Part shown: positions 27,490-37,433 of the stretch, in pieces | How the letters are laid out: every line of letters begins with the position of its first letter | Numbering within the stretch: the first letter of the stretch is position 1 | Source of the DNA: Candidatus Zixiibacteriota bacterium | Lineage (GTDB): Bacteria; Chloroflexota; Limnocylindria; QHBO01 | Length of the DNA stretch: 64,000 bases | Assembly (NCBI GenBank): GCA_035687145.1 | Contig: DASRYM010000051.1 | Coordinates: forward strand, 2,309 to 66,308 | Direction of reading: 5' to 3' | Translations under genes and position numbers: made by a program | Notes under the pieces: model-generated | The model's database searches: none | The model's input: the letters and a program-made list of their open reading frames with translations, nothing else | Told to the model about the DNA's origin: nothing

Positions 27490-28902
27490 ATGTCGCGATT
27501 GATGCGCGCCGGCATCTTGATGACCATCCTGGCCGTGCTGCTCGCCGCCTGTGGGCCCAACCGCGAGAACGGGCAGCAGGCAGACCGGGACGGAGACGGC
27601 GGGGCATCCGAGACGGCGAACAGCCCGGACGGTGAGCTGACCGCCGGTGGCGAGATCTTCGTCTACGGCATGAGTTACGAGAACGCCGACGAGATCGCCA
27701 CCACCCGCGTCGACCACTTCACGTCACAGTACCCGGACGTCAGCGTCACGTTCAGCGAGTCCGACTTCAGCGCCGAGACGCTGATCCCCGCGCTGCGCGG
27801 CAGCGATCCGCCCGACGTCATCCGCATGCCGCGCAACATCGCGGGCGGCTACATCCAGCGCGGGATCTTCGAACCGCTCGGCGAGTGCCTCGAACGGGCC
27901 GGCGTGGACCCATCCATCTACCAGCCCAGCGCCATGGAGCAGCTGACCGTGGACGGCACCATCTACGGGTTGCCGCAGGCCTACATCACACGGGCATGGC
28001 TGATCGACAACTCGGTCTTCGAGGCGGCCGGGCTGGATCCGGCGGCCTTCGACTGGAGCGACTGGGACGCGATCCGGGCGGCGAACCAGACCATCCTCGA
28101 CGCGGTCGAGAGCGTCAAGGTTGGGATCGATCCCAAGGTCAGCGATCCAACCAGCGCCGACATGTTCCCGCTCTGGGTCCATGCCAACGGCGGCGAGCTG
28201 ATCTCCGAGGACGGACAACCCAGGCTCAACGCTCCGGAAGTGGTCGAGGCTCTCGAGTTCGTGGCCTCCATGATCGAGCCGTACGGCAGCCACGCCGCCT
28301 TCCTCGACGCGCGGGGCGCCACGGGCGACTTCTTCGGCGCCGAGAACCAGTTCGTGCTCGACACCGAGGGCGCCTTCCCGATGCAGCAGACCTACCTCAA
28401 CACGCTGGCCACTAACTCGCCCGACGTGGAGATCACCGCCGCGCCGTTCATGACCCGGGACGGCGAGCCGTTCACCTGGGCGGACGGCGACGTGCTGGGC
28501 ATCTCGGCCACCTCGGACAACAAGGACGCGGCCTGCGCCTTCATCACCTCGGTCCTGTCCACCGACGCGTGGGTGGCGGCCGCGGAGGCACGACAGCAGA
28601 TCAGGGAGGAGGAGGGCGTCCCAAACCTCGGCACCGTCTCCGGTAACGTGGAGGCGGACCGGATCATCTTCTCCGAGATCGTGGACCTCGCCGACTATCC
28701 CGTCTTCGAGGCGGCAGTGCAGACCTACCTCGACGTGCAGGACGCCGCGTTCGTCATCCCACGGTCCGTGGCGGCCGAGCAGGTGCAGCAGGCGTGGGCC
28801 ACGGCGGTGGACCGCGTGCTGAACGGCAACGCCGACCCCCAGGCGGCGCTCGACCAGGCCCAGGCGGAGGCGGAGGCCGCCATCGCCGATGCAGGCGGCT
28901 GA
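27490..28902 (+). CDS. Sugar ABC transporter substrate-binding lipoprotein (family 1 SBP)
   Basis: MSRLMRAGILMTILAVLLAAC signal peptide with lipobox. GGAG lies 7 nt upstream of ATG 27490. Length and composition match a carbohydrate SBP. Confidence 0.85.
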   Translation: MSRLMRAGILMTILAVLLAACGPNRENGQQADRDGDGGASETANSPDGELTAGGEIFVYGMSYENADEIATTRVDHFTSQYPDVSVTFSESDFSAETLIPALRGSDPPDVIRMPRNIAGGYIQRGIFEPLGECLERAGVDPSIYQPSAMEQLTVDGTIYGLPQAYITRAWLIDNSVFEAAGLDPAAFDWSDWDAIRAANQTILDAVESVKVGIDPKVSDPTSADMFPLWVHANGGELISEDGQPRLNAPEVVEALEFVASMIEPYGSHAAFLDARGATGDFFGAENQFVLDTEGAFPMQQTYLNTLATNSPDVEITAAPFMTRDGEPFTWADGDVLGISATSDNKDAACAFITSVLSTDAWVAAAEARQQIREEEGVPNLGTVSGNVEADRIIFSEIVDLADYPVFEAAVQTYLDVQDAAFVIPRSVAAEQVQQAWATAVDRVLNGNADPQAALDQAQAEAEAAIADAGG

Positions 28903-29836
28903 GCCCCGGCGCATCCTCCGCCTCCCGGTCGGACAGGACCGCAGCACCCTGCTGTGGGTCGCGCTCTTCCTGTCCCCGTGGATCATCGGCTTCGTCGTCT
29001 TCACCGCCGGCCCCATGCTGTGGAGCCTTTGGCTGTCGTTCACGAACTACGACGTCCTGACCGGAACCGGGGACTTCATTGGCCTGCGGAACTATGAGCG
29101 CATGCTCGGCGACCGGCGCGTGGGCGTCAGCCTGTGGAACACCGCCTACTTCACGCTGCTCTACGTCCCCCTGTCGGTCGGGCTGGGCCTGCTGCTGGCC
29201 TCGCTCCTCAACCGCACGGGCGGCCGGCTGGCCGGTTTCTTCCGCACGGCGTTCTACCTGCCCAATGTCACTCCCGCGGTGGCGGTCGGCACCCTCTTCC
29301 TGCTGCTCCTCAACAACCCCGACGGGCTCGTCAACCAGGCGCTGGCCGCGATCGGCATACCGGGACCGAGCTGGCTGAATGACCCGGCCTGGATCAAGAA
29401 CGGGATCGTGCTGATGATGCTGTGGAGCATCGGCGGCACGGTGGTCATCCTGTTCGCGGCCCTGCGCAACGTACCGGTCGAGCTCTACGAAGCGGCACGC
29501 ATCGATGGCGCCTCGGCATGGAGGCAGTTCCGCCACGTCACGCTGCCCATGATCAGCGGCGCGCTCTTCTTCGTGCTGATCATCAACACCGTGGCCTCGC
29601 TGCAGCTGTTCAGCGAGGTCTACACCATCTTCTACGGGCAGCAGCAGGGCCAGACCGCGGGCGGCGACTCGGCGCTCTTCTACGTCGTCTACCTGTTCCG
29701 CAATGCGTTCGAGTTCTTCGAGATGGGCTACGCCTCAGCGCTGGCGTGGCTGCTGTTCGCGGTCATTGGCCTCATCACCTTCGTCCAGTTCCGGGTTTCG
29801 CGCCGCTTCGTCTACTACGAGGGCGAGGAGCGATGA
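28889..29836 (+). CDS. Carbohydrate ABC transporter permease (MalF/UgpA-like)
   Basis: 6-TM protein with the EAA loop YEAARIDGASAWRQFRHVTLP. Confidence 0.9.
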   Translation: MQAAEPRRILRLPVGQDRSTLLWVALFLSPWIIGFVVFTAGPMLWSLWLSFTNYDVLTGTGDFIGLRNYERMLGDRRVGVSLWNTAYFTLLYVPLSVGLGLLLASLLNRTGGRLAGFFRTAFYLPNVTPAVAVGTLFLLLLNNPDGLVNQALAAIGIPGPSWLNDPAWIKNGIVLMMLWSIGGTVVILFAALRNVPVELYEAARIDGASAWRQFRHVTLPMISGALFFVLIINTVASLQLFSEVYTIFYGQQQGQTAGGDSALFYVVYLFRNAFEFFEMGYASALAWLLFAVIGLITFVQFRVSRRFVYYEGEER

Positions 29837-30753
29837 GCACCTCCCAGCACGCCGAGCGCTCGGCCGTTCCCGGCATCCGCCAGCCGGAGGCGGTCCTCGC
29901 CGAGCGTTCCCGCGGAGGGGTGCGACGCGTCGCGTCGCGGGCCGTGTACATCGCGTTGCTGGCAGGCTTCACGATCCTCTTCGTCTACCCCTTCGTCTGG
30001 CTGCTGTCGGCGTCACTCAAGACCGGGGCGGAGGTGTTCAACAACGAGCTCGTCCCCGACCCGGTGATGTGGGGGAACTACGCCGAGCTCTTCGCGCGGC
30101 GGCCGGTGCTGGCCTGGACCTGGAACAGCGTGCTGGTCTCGATGCTGGCCGCGGTGACCGTCACCGTGACCTCGGCCATGGTGGCCTGGGCGTTCGCCTA
30201 CTTCCGCTTCCCCTACCGCAACCTGCTGTTCGGGGTGGTGCTCGCCTCGATGATGCTGCCCGGCGCGGTGACCATGATCCCCAACTTCCTGATCTGGGAC
30301 TGGCTCGGCTGGAACAACACCCTGGTGCCGCTGTGGGCCGGCAACCTGTTCGCCAGTCCCTTCTACATCTTCCTGCTGCGCCAGTTCTTCCTGGGGCTGC
30401 CGCGCGAGCTGTTCGACGCGGCGCGGGTCGACGGCGCGAGCCACCTGCGGATGTGGTGGTCGGTGGCACTTCCGCTGACGAAGGCGGCCCTGATCGTCGT
30501 CTTCGTCTTCGAACTGAAGGCGGCCTGGACCGACCTCGTCAAGCCGCTGATCTTCCTGCGCGACGTCGGCACCTACACCCTGCCTCGCGGCCTGAAGGCC
30601 ATCGTGGACAGTTCGAACATCGGTGGCGAGCAGCACTTCGAGCTGCTGGCCGTCGGCGGCGTGCTGGTCACCGTCCCCATGATCGTCATCTTCTTCGTCG
30701 CCCAGCGCTACTTCCTGGAGGGCATCGCCACCACTGGCTCCACCGGACGCTGA
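29833..30753 (+). CDS. Carbohydrate ABC transporter permease (MalG/UgpE-like)
   Basis: EAA loop FDAARVDGASHLRMWWSVALP. ATGA overlap with the preceding permease. No cognate ATPase gene follows. Confidence 0.9.
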   Translation: MSTSQHAERSAVPGIRQPEAVLAERSRGGVRRVASRAVYIALLAGFTILFVYPFVWLLSASLKTGAEVFNNELVPDPVMWGNYAELFARRPVLAWTWNSVLVSMLAAVTVTVTSAMVAWAFAYFRFPYRNLLFGVVLASMMLPGAVTMIPNFLIWDWLGWNNTLVPLWAGNLFASPFYIFLLRQFFLGLPRELFDAARVDGASHLRMWWSVALPLTKAALIVVFVFELKAAWTDLVKPLIFLRDVGTYTLPRGLKAIVDSSNIGGEQHFELLAVGGVLVTVPMIVIFFVAQRYFLEGIATTGSTGR

Positions 30754-30770
30754 CCGATGGCGCGCGCGCC

Positions 30771-31577
30771 TCAGGCGGCGTGCACGTCGCGCGCGTTGAA
30801 GGCGGCGGCTCCCAGCACGACCAGCACCAAAGTCGGGACGGCGAGCACCGCGTAGCGCCAGGCCTCGGTCGGCTCGCGCAGCGGGTCGCCGCCCAGCGCC
30901 CACTCCCAGGGCGAGACGACCTTCCACGGCTCGAGCACGTCGGAGATCGGGAAAAGGGCCACCGCCACGTAGCCGGCGATGGCCACCGCCAGCCCGATGC
31001 CCAGCACCAGGCCCGGGCGGGCGGTCAGGCCGGCCACGAAGGCAGCCAGCCCGGCATGCAGCAGCCCGAGCAGCGTGCAGAGCACCACGGTGGCCACCAG
31101 CCGCTCGGCGCCGATGTCCATGGCGACCACCGCGTTGGCCACCAGCTGGACCCCCAGCACCACGGCGCCGATGATCGCCATCCACAGCAGCACGCCGAGG
31201 GCGCGCCCCAGGAAGACGGCCGGGCGGCTGACCGGCTGGGCCAGGTAGGCCTCCATCCGCCCGGAGTCCTCGTCGCCGGCGGTCTGGCCGTTCATCAGGA
31301 TCACGCCCGCCACCGCCAGCAGCAGCGGGACCAGCACGGCGTACAGGTTGGCGTCCAGGAAGCCTGCCGGTGAGGAGAGGTCGGCCAGGCCGAAGGCGTC
31401 GACCAGCGGCTCGGGCAGCCCCTCCAGCAGCTCGTCGATGGCGGCCTGGTCCCGGAAGGAGGGCCAGAAGGCGACGGTCAGCGCCACCAGGGCGGCCAGG
31501 CTGAGCGACCAGATCAGCCCGGCGCGCCGCAGCGCGCGCACGGGGATGGCCAGCAGCTCGAGCCCGCGACCGATCAC
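30771..31577 (-). CDS. ABC-2 type exporter permease
   Basis: 268-aa 6-TM protein. GTGA overlap with the upstream ATPase gene. Confidence 0.75.
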   Translation of the reverse strand: MIGRGLELLAIPVRALRRAGLIWSLSLAALVALTVAFWPSFRDQAAIDELLEGLPEPLVDAFGLADLSSPAGFLDANLYAVLVPLLLAVAGVILMNGQTAGDEDSGRMEAYLAQPVSRPAVFLGRALGVLLWMAIIGAVVLGVQLVANAVVAMDIGAERLVATVVLCTLLGLLHAGLAAFVAGLTARPGLVLGIGLAVAIAGYVAVALFPISDVLEPWKVVSPWEWALGGDPLREPTEAWRYAVLAVPTLVLVVLGAAAFNARDVHAA

Positions 31578-32482
31578 GCGCCGGTCTCCTCGTCGGCGTA
31601 CAGGCCGAGGAACGCCTCCTCCAGGTCCGGTTCCTGGATGGTGACCGATGCCAGCTGCAGCCCGGCCAGGGCGTCGATGAGGGGCCGGACCGGCCCGGTG
31701 AGCACCGCTGCGAAGCGCCGGCCGTCGACCTGCACGTCCTCCAGGCCCGGCACCCGCGCGAGCCAGGGCGGGGCCTCGGTCTCGAACCAGACCTCCACGC
31801 GCTGGCGGGCCAGGCCGCGCACCTCGCCGACCGTGCCCTGCACCACGATCCGGCCGGCGCGCAGCACGGCGACGCGATCGGCGACGCGCTGCACCTCGGA
31901 CAGGATGTGCGACGAGAGGAAGACGCTGGTCCCCTGCGCGCGGCGCTCGCGGACCAGCTCCAGGAACTCGTGCTGCATCAACGGGTCCAGGCCGGAGGTC
32001 GGTTCGTCCAGGATCAGCAGGTCGGCATCGGTCAGGAAGGCCGACAGGACCGATACCTTGCGCCGGTTGCCGCTCGACAGGGTGCGCATCGGGCGGTCGA
32101 GATCCAGCTTGAAGCGCTCGGCCAGCGGATCCATGCGCGAGGCATCGAAGCCTCGGCGCAGCCGGCCCAGCGAGCGCAGGAACTGGCGAGCGGTCAGGCG
32201 GTCCGGGAGGCGCAGCTCGCCGGGGACGTAGGCCACCCGCTCGCGGAGATGCACCCCGTGCTGCCGCGGATCCAACCCGAAGAGCAGCACCCGGCCGGCC
32301 GTGGGCCGCAGCAGGTCCAGGATGCAGCGGATGGTGGTCGACTTCCCGGCCCCGTTGGGGCCAACGAAGCCCAGCACCTCGCTCGGCTGCATGACCAGGT
32401 CGATGCCGCGAACGGCCTGCACGCTGCCGTAGCTCTTGGCCAGGCCCTCCAGGCGGAGGGGCTCAACGGATGCCGCTGTCAT
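31574..32482 (-). CDS. ABC transporter ATP-binding protein
   Basis: GPNGAGKSTT, LSSGNRRK, LLILDEPTSGLD. Start taken at MTAASVEP (32482); 32518 is possible. Confidence 0.9.
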   Translation of the reverse strand: MTAASVEPLRLEGLAKSYGSVQAVRGIDLVMQPSEVLGFVGPNGAGKSTTIRCILDLLRPTAGRVLLFGLDPRQHGVHLRERVAYVPGELRLPDRLTARQFLRSLGRLRRGFDASRMDPLAERFKLDLDRPMRTLSSGNRRKVSVLSAFLTDADLLILDEPTSGLDPLMQHEFLELVRERRAQGTSVFLSSHILSEVQRVADRVAVLRAGRIVVQGTVGEVRGLARQRVEVWFETEAPPWLARVPGLEDVQVDGRRFAAVLTGPVRPLIDALAGLQLASVTIQEPDLEEAFLGLYADEETGA

Positions 32483-32524
32483 GGTGCGCCCCGAGCCTAC
32501 ACGAGGGCGTGGCACCATCGAGGC

Positions 32525-33595
32525 GTGAAACTGGACTGGCCGATCCGGGTGGTCGACGCGCATGCCGGCGGGGAGCCGGGCCGGGTGGTGGTCGGCGGGG
32601 TGCGTGACGTGCCGGGCGCCAGCATGCTCGAGAAGCGCGACCACCTGTGGCGCTCCGGCGATCGGCTGCGCCGCCTGCTGCTCCGCGAGCCGCGCGGCTA
32701 CCCGGCCGTCTGCGCCAACGTGATCGTGCCGCCCACGCTCCCCGAGGCCGATGCCGGGTTCGTGATCATGGAGCAGGCCGAGTACCCGGCCATGTCCGGC
32801 TCGAACACCATCTGCACCGCCACGGTGCTGATCAACGAGCGCATGGTCCCGGTGAGCGAGCCGGTCACCGAGCTGGTGCTGGAGGCGCCGGCCGGCCTCA
32901 TCCGCGTGCGGGCCGAGGTGCGCGACGGCGTGGCCCGTTCGATCACCTTCGTCAACGTGCCGGCCTTCGCCGTGCGGCTCGACGCGCCGGTCGAGGTGCC
33001 GGGCATCGGCACCGTCCGGGTCGACGTTGCGTGGGGCGGCATGTTCTACGCCCTGACCGAGGCCGCCGCCCTGGGCTTCCGGATCACGCCCGACGAGGCG
33101 CGCGACCTGGTGCGGGTGGGCGAGATGGTCAAGGCGGCGGCCCGCGAGCAGGTCCCCGTGTCCCACCCCGAGCGGCCGGAGCTGGCCGGCATCACCATCA
33201 TGGAATGGACCGCGCCGGCTTCGGCGCCTGGTGCCCACGGCCGGAACACCGTGGTCGTCTCCTCCGGCCAGCTGGACTGGTCGCGACCGGAGTCGTTCAC
33301 GGGAGTGCTCGATCGCTCACCGTGCGGCACCGGGACCTGCGCGCGGATGGCCGTGCTCCACGCCCGTGGCCAGCTGGGGATCGGGCAGGACTACGTCCAC
33401 GAGGGCATCCTGGGTACCACCTGGACCGGCCGGCTCCTGTCCGAGACACGCGTTGGGCCCTATCCCGGGGTGGTGCCACAGCTGACCGGATCGGCCTGGA
33501 TCACCGGGCGCTTCGACCTGACCGTGGATCCCGAAGACCCGTTCCCGGAGGGCTTCACCGTGGGCGACATCTGGGGCTGCATGCCGGACGACTGA
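32525..33595 (+). CDS. Proline racemase / hydroxyproline epimerase superfamily protein with a Ser/Cys catalytic pair
   Basis: VVDAHAGGEPGRVVVGG N-terminus. First catalytic motif reads AMSGSNT (Ser where Cys is expected); the second is DRSPCGTGTCARMA. GTG start at 32525. Confidence 0.85.
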   Translation: MKLDWPIRVVDAHAGGEPGRVVVGGVRDVPGASMLEKRDHLWRSGDRLRRLLLREPRGYPAVCANVIVPPTLPEADAGFVIMEQAEYPAMSGSNTICTATVLINERMVPVSEPVTELVLEAPAGLIRVRAEVRDGVARSITFVNVPAFAVRLDAPVEVPGIGTVRVDVAWGGMFYALTEAAALGFRITPDEARDLVRVGEMVKAAAREQVPVSHPERPELAGITIMEWTAPASAPGAHGRNTVVVSSGQLDWSRPESFTGVLDRSPCGTGTCARMAVLHARGQLGIGQDYVHEGILGTTWTGRLLSETRVGPYPGVVPQLTGSAWITGRFDLTVDPEDPFPEGFTVGDIWGCMPDD

Positions 33596-33818
33596 CGGCG
33601 GGCGGTGGCCGGTAGATCGCGCGAGTCGCGTGGGACGCCCGCGTTCCGCGGCAGATCGCCGAGGTATCGCTGCGCCGCACGCACGAGCGGCAGCCAGGCG
33701 CGCGCTTCACGCGGCAGGTGCACCGATGGACCGCAGCTGCGGAACGAGAAGGCTCGTTTGCGCGACGTTTGACCGATACGGAGCGGCCGAGGCGTTGCCG
33801 CGTCGCGTATGGCAGAGC

Positions 33819-34409
33819 ATGAGGCTTCAGGTGGCGGCCGTCGCCCTGCTCCTCGCCGGCTGCACCCAGCCGGTGACGGTTCCCGGCGCGGCGACCGCCA
33901 CGGCGACCGCGTCGAGCGTGCCCACGGCCCCGCCGGCGAGCGCGGCCGCCGAGACGGCCGCGCCATCGGTCGAGGTTGAGGAGCTGCGGGACCTGCAGGA
34001 GCTGCTGCCGTCCGATTTCGGCGGGGTGGCGGCGCACACCTTTGCCGTGGGCCGGGACATGCTCGAGCGCCTGGCCGCGGACCTCGGCGTGGAGGTCGCC
34101 GACGTGCAGGTCGCCTTCGCCAGCGACCACGGGCCGGCCTTCATCCAGATGTTCGCCATCCGGGTGACCGGCCGGAGCGCGCAGGAGCTGGCCGGGGCGC
34201 TGGTCCGCACCGCCTACCCGGCCGAGGCCACGCCCGAGGTGACCACCGTGCGGCTGGCCGGTCGCGACCTCACCGCGGTGCACGACGAGGCGCTCGGGCC
34301 ACAGCGCGGGACGTTCTACCTGCTGCCGCGCCCGGAGCAGGAGGCGGTCATCGTGGCGCAGGCCTTCGCCCAGCCGGTGGTCGAGGCGGCGCTCGGCGAG
34401 CTGCCGTAG
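33819..34409 (+). CDS. Hypothetical lipoprotein
   Basis: MRLQVAAVALLLAGC lipobox followed by an Ala/Thr/Pro linker. No family recognised. Confidence 0.6.
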   Translation: MRLQVAAVALLLAGCTQPVTVPGAATATATASSVPTAPPASAAAETAAPSVEVEELRDLQELLPSDFGGVAAHTFAVGRDMLERLAADLGVEVADVQVAFASDHGPAFIQMFAIRVTGRSAQELAGALVRTAYPAEATPEVTTVRLAGRDLTAVHDEALGPQRGTFYLLPRPEQEAVIVAQAFAQPVVEAALGELP

Positions 34410-34473
34410 CGGCGAGCTGCCATGGCGGCACGCTGCGGTGGCGCCGCGCCCGACCTATGGGCAGCCGACCGGG

Positions 34474-35229
34474 CTACCGGGCCGTCCAGCCACCGTCGAC
34501 GTACACCTCGCTGCCGGTCATGTAGGAGGCCGCATCCGACGCCAGGAAGGCGATCACCGAGCCCACCTCCTCGGGCCTCCCAAGTCGGCCGAGGGGCGTG
34601 CTGGCCAGGATGACCTGCTCGATATCGGTCCCCTTGAGATCCGCGATCAGCGGCGTGTCGATGAAGGCGGGGTGGATCGAGTTGACCCGGATGTTCTCCG
34701 CGGCGTAGCGCAGAGCGGCGTTCTTGGTCATCAACCGCACCGCGCCCTTGGAGGCGTGGTAGGCGACCGACCCACCGAACCCGCCGACGGCCCCGAAGAT
34801 CGAGGACACGTTGATGATCGAGCCGCCGCCGGCCTTGCGCATCTCGGGGATGGCAACGCGCATGCCGAGCCAGACGCCGGTCTGGTTGATGGCGATCAGC
34901 TTGTTCCAGCCCTCCAGCGTCTCCTGCTCGACGTCCGCCATGGTGCCGATGCCGGCGTTGTTGACCAGGATGTCCAGCCGTCCGAAGAGGGCGACGGCCT
35001 GCTCCACCGCCTGCGCCCACTGTTCCTCGGACGTGACGTCCAGGTGCAGGTAGGCGGCCCGTTGACCGGCCTGGCACAGCTCGTCGGCCAGTGCCTTGCC
35101 CTCGTCGTCGATGACGTCGGTGAGTAGCACGGCGGCGCCCTGCGCTGCCAGGTCGCGGGCGGCGGCCTGCCCGATCCCTCTTGCGGCGCCGGTGACGAGG
35201 GCGACGCGGCCCTCGAGGTTGGTGTTCAT
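34474..35229 (-). CDS. Short-chain dehydrogenase/reductase (SDR)
   Basis: VTGAARGIG, NNAG, and the S...YxxxK triad (YHASKGAV). Confidence 0.9.
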   Translation of the reverse strand: MNTNLEGRVALVTGAARGIGQAAARDLAAQGAAVLLTDVIDDEGKALADELCQAGQRAAYLHLDVTSEEQWAQAVEQAVALFGRLDILVNNAGIGTMADVEQETLEGWNKLIAINQTGVWLGMRVAIPEMRKAGGGSIINVSSIFGAVGGFGGSVAYHASKGAVRLMTKNAALRYAAENIRVNSIHPAFIDTPLIADLKGTDIEQVILASTPLGRLGRPEEVGSVIAFLASDAASYMTGSEVYVDGGWTAR

Positions 35230-35273
35230 CGCTTCAGCTCCTGTGTGGGGTCGTTGCCAAGTGCGCTGGCCTC

Positions 35274-35289
35274 GGCGACGATCGTCGCC
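35274..35289. promoter_or_regulatory. Perfect 16-bp palindrome GGCGACGATCGTCGCC between the sqr stop and the SDR start
   Basis: Read directly from the sequence. A GC hairpin GCGCGG-N6-CCGCGC lies nearby at about 35300-35317. The palindrome could be an operator or part of the sqr-operon terminator. Confidence 0.3.
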
Positions 35290-35347
35290 CCACCGGGCCC
35301 GCGCGGTCAGTGCCGCGCAGGCTGATTCGGGGGGTCACTCGGCCGGG

Positions 35348-36502
35348 TCACACCCGGCCCTTGGGCACGGTCATCCAGTAGGCCCTGTTGAAGACGAGCT
35401 TTCCCAGGTGCCACAGCCTGTTGGGTGCGGGCGGCCGGGGCGGGTGGTCGTAGTCGAACTGCAGCAGCGTCCCCTTGCCGTCGCCGACCTCGAAGAAGCA
35501 CATCACCTTTCCCTCGTAAGCGGCGTGCTTCCCGGACGGCGTGCGGCCCCGGACGGCCGCCGACACTCGCTCGGCCACGACCGGTGCCTCGAAATGCGCG
35601 GTCGACCCGGCCTTGGAGAGCGGCAGGTCGGTGGCATCCCCGAGCGCGTACACGTTCGGGCGTCCGCCCACCTGCAGCGTGTGCTTGTCGGTCGGAAGCC
35701 AGCCCGATGCCGGTGCCAGCCCGGCGTCGATCACCAGCTGCGCGCCGCGGTGTGGCGGGACCAGGATCAGCAGGTCATAGGGCAGCTCTTCGCCCTCCAG
35801 GCTGGCCACCACCTTCCGGCCGGGGTCGATGGCTTCCACGTTGAAGAAGGTGTGCAGCTCGATTCCCTTCTCCTCCAGGATCGGAGTGGCCATCTCCGAC
35901 ACGCTCTCGATGGTGAAGGCGCGACCGATGGGGCTGCAGTAGTGCATCTCCGTCCGTTGGCGCAGGCCGCGCTGCCGCAGCTCATGGTCGATGAGGAAGG
36001 CGATCTCCAGGGGTGCCGGCGGGCACTTGTAGGGCATGCCCGCGATACCGATCACGATGCGGCCGCCCTCGAAGGCGTCCAGTGCCCGGCGCAGACGCAG
36101 GGCGGCATCGGCCCCGTAGAAGTGATGGGCCTCCGTCTCGAAGTGCTCGATCTCGCCGGGCATGATGCGCGAGCCGGTGGCCAGCACCAGGTGCTCCCAA
36201 CCCAGCTCGCGCCCGTCCTCCAGGCCCACCAGGTGCCGCTCCTCGTCGATGGTCACCGCCCGACCGACCTCCAGCTGGACACGGTCGTCCAGCAGCGACC
36301 GCTCCGGACGCTTCAGGCGCTCGGGGCGCTCGTTGCCCATGGCGATGTACATGAAGCCCGGCTGGTAGACATGCTCCCCCTTCTCGTCCACCACGGTCAG
36401 GGTCGCCTCGCCACGATCGATCTCGCGGCGCAGCTTGCGGGCGATGAGGTTGGCGGCCAGCGTGCCGCCAACCCCGCCGCCCACCACAACGATGCGGTTC
36501 AT
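35348..36502 (-). CDS. sqr: Sulfide:quinone oxidoreductase-type flavoprotein
   Basis: RIVVVGGGVGG FAD motif. Candidate redox Cys residues occur in MPYKCPPAPLE and YEGKVMCFFEVG, with ALGDATD. 384 aa. Confidence 0.8.
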   Translation of the reverse strand: MNRIVVVGGGVGGTLAANLIARKLRREIDRGEATLTVVDEKGEHVYQPGFMYIAMGNERPERLKRPERSLLDDRVQLEVGRAVTIDEERHLVGLEDGRELGWEHLVLATGSRIMPGEIEHFETEAHHFYGADAALRLRRALDAFEGGRIVIGIAGMPYKCPPAPLEIAFLIDHELRQRGLRQRTEMHYCSPIGRAFTIESVSEMATPILEEKGIELHTFFNVEAIDPGRKVVASLEGEELPYDLLILVPPHRGAQLVIDAGLAPASGWLPTDKHTLQVGGRPNVYALGDATDLPLSKAGSTAHFEAPVVAERVSAAVRGRTPSGKHAAYEGKVMCFFEVGDGKGTLLQFDYDHPPRPPAPNRLWHLGKLVFNRAYWMTVPKGRV

Positions 36503-36520
36503 CGGACGTTCCTTCCGCGT

Positions 36521-36766
36521 CTAGCGCACCTTCTCGACGATGATCTCGTCGTATCCGTCGCGGGTCTCGATGCCCACCAGGCGGTGGCCGGCCTTCTCCA
36601 CCCACTTCGGGATGTCGAGCCGCGACCCGGCGTCCGACGACCAGACGGCAATGACGTCGCCCACGGCACCCTCCCGGATGGCGCGGATGAGCTCCATCAG
36701 CGCCCCGGGGCAGTAGCTGCCGCGCGCGTCGACGATGCGGTTGACGGGAATCTCGAGCACCCGCAT
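36521..36766 (-). CDS. TusA/SirA-like sulfur carrier (variant CPGA motif)
   Basis: 81 aa; DARGSYCPGALMEL sits in place of the canonical CPxP. Confidence 0.75.
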   Translation of the reverse strand: MRVLEIPVNRIVDARGSYCPGALMELIRAIREGAVGDVIAVWSSDAGSRLDIPKWVEKAGHRLVGIETRDGYDEIIVEKVR

Positions 36767-36817
36767 GGCATTCCTTCCTCTCGTTGGCGTGTCCCGGCGT
36801 CTCTTCCCTCGGCCCGC

Positions 36818-37423
36818 TCAGATGAAGAGCGGGGTGGCGCCGTTGTTGATCATCTCCAGCACCGTGGCGGCGCCGGCGGGCTCCTCCAGACCGTCGATCA
36901 GGTCCTCCCGGCGCAGCCCCATCATGTCCATGCTCATCTGGCAGGGAATGAGGCGCACGCCCAACGCCCGCGCGGTCTCGAGCAGCTCGGCCGGCTGGGC
37001 CACGCCGTAGCGCTTGGCCAAACGCTTCATCATCCAGGGACCCATACCCAGGAAGTTGAGCCGGCTCAGCTTCAGGTGGTCGATGCCCGGTCGGTTCATG
37101 AGCGACAGCATCTTCTGCATCCAGTTCGTGCCGGTGATCCGCACGTCGGGCCTCACCAGCGGGAAGAAGCCCCAGAACGTGAAGAAGATGCTGACCGGCA
37201 TCCCGCTGGCGGCCGCGGAGGACGCCAAGATGGTGGTGGCCCACGTGCGTTCCAGGTCGCCGGACTCGCAGATGATCAGGAGCTCGCCCGTTCGGCGCGG
37301 CGCCTCTCGGGCCGGTTGCTGCGCGGGTTCGCTGATCGCCTCGTCGGCGACCGGTTCGTCCAGCAGACCCTCGACCAGCTCCCGCGGGAGCGTCGGTCGC
37401 GGGCGGGTGATGGTGGTAGTCAT
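36818..37423 (-). CDS. DsrE/DsrF-like (COG2210, DsrE2/YrkE-type) sulfur-transfer protein
   Basis: FFTFWGF and IPCQMSMDMMGL motifs, with an N-terminal extension of about 45 aa. Confidence 0.7.
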   Translation of the reverse strand: MTTTITRPRPTLPRELVEGLLDEPVADEAISEPAQQPAREAPRRTGELLIICESGDLERTWATTILASSAAASGMPVSIFFTFWGFFPLVRPDVRITGTNWMQKMLSLMNRPGIDHLKLSRLNFLGMGPWMMKRLAKRYGVAQPAELLETARALGVRLIPCQMSMDMMGLRREDLIDGLEEPAGAATVLEMINNGATPLFI

Positions 37424-37433
37424 GGCTGATGCC

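Noticed and set aside
35096-37429. 777-aa + strand ORF. The same reasoning applies to 43868-46054 (+), 45793-47583 (+), 17072-19141 (-), 62129-63958 (-), 57294-58895 (-) and 3395-5200 (+).
   Set aside because: Each lies antisense to, or out of frame with, genes that carry strong family signatures. All have Arg/Pro/Gly/Ala-dominated low-complexity translations.
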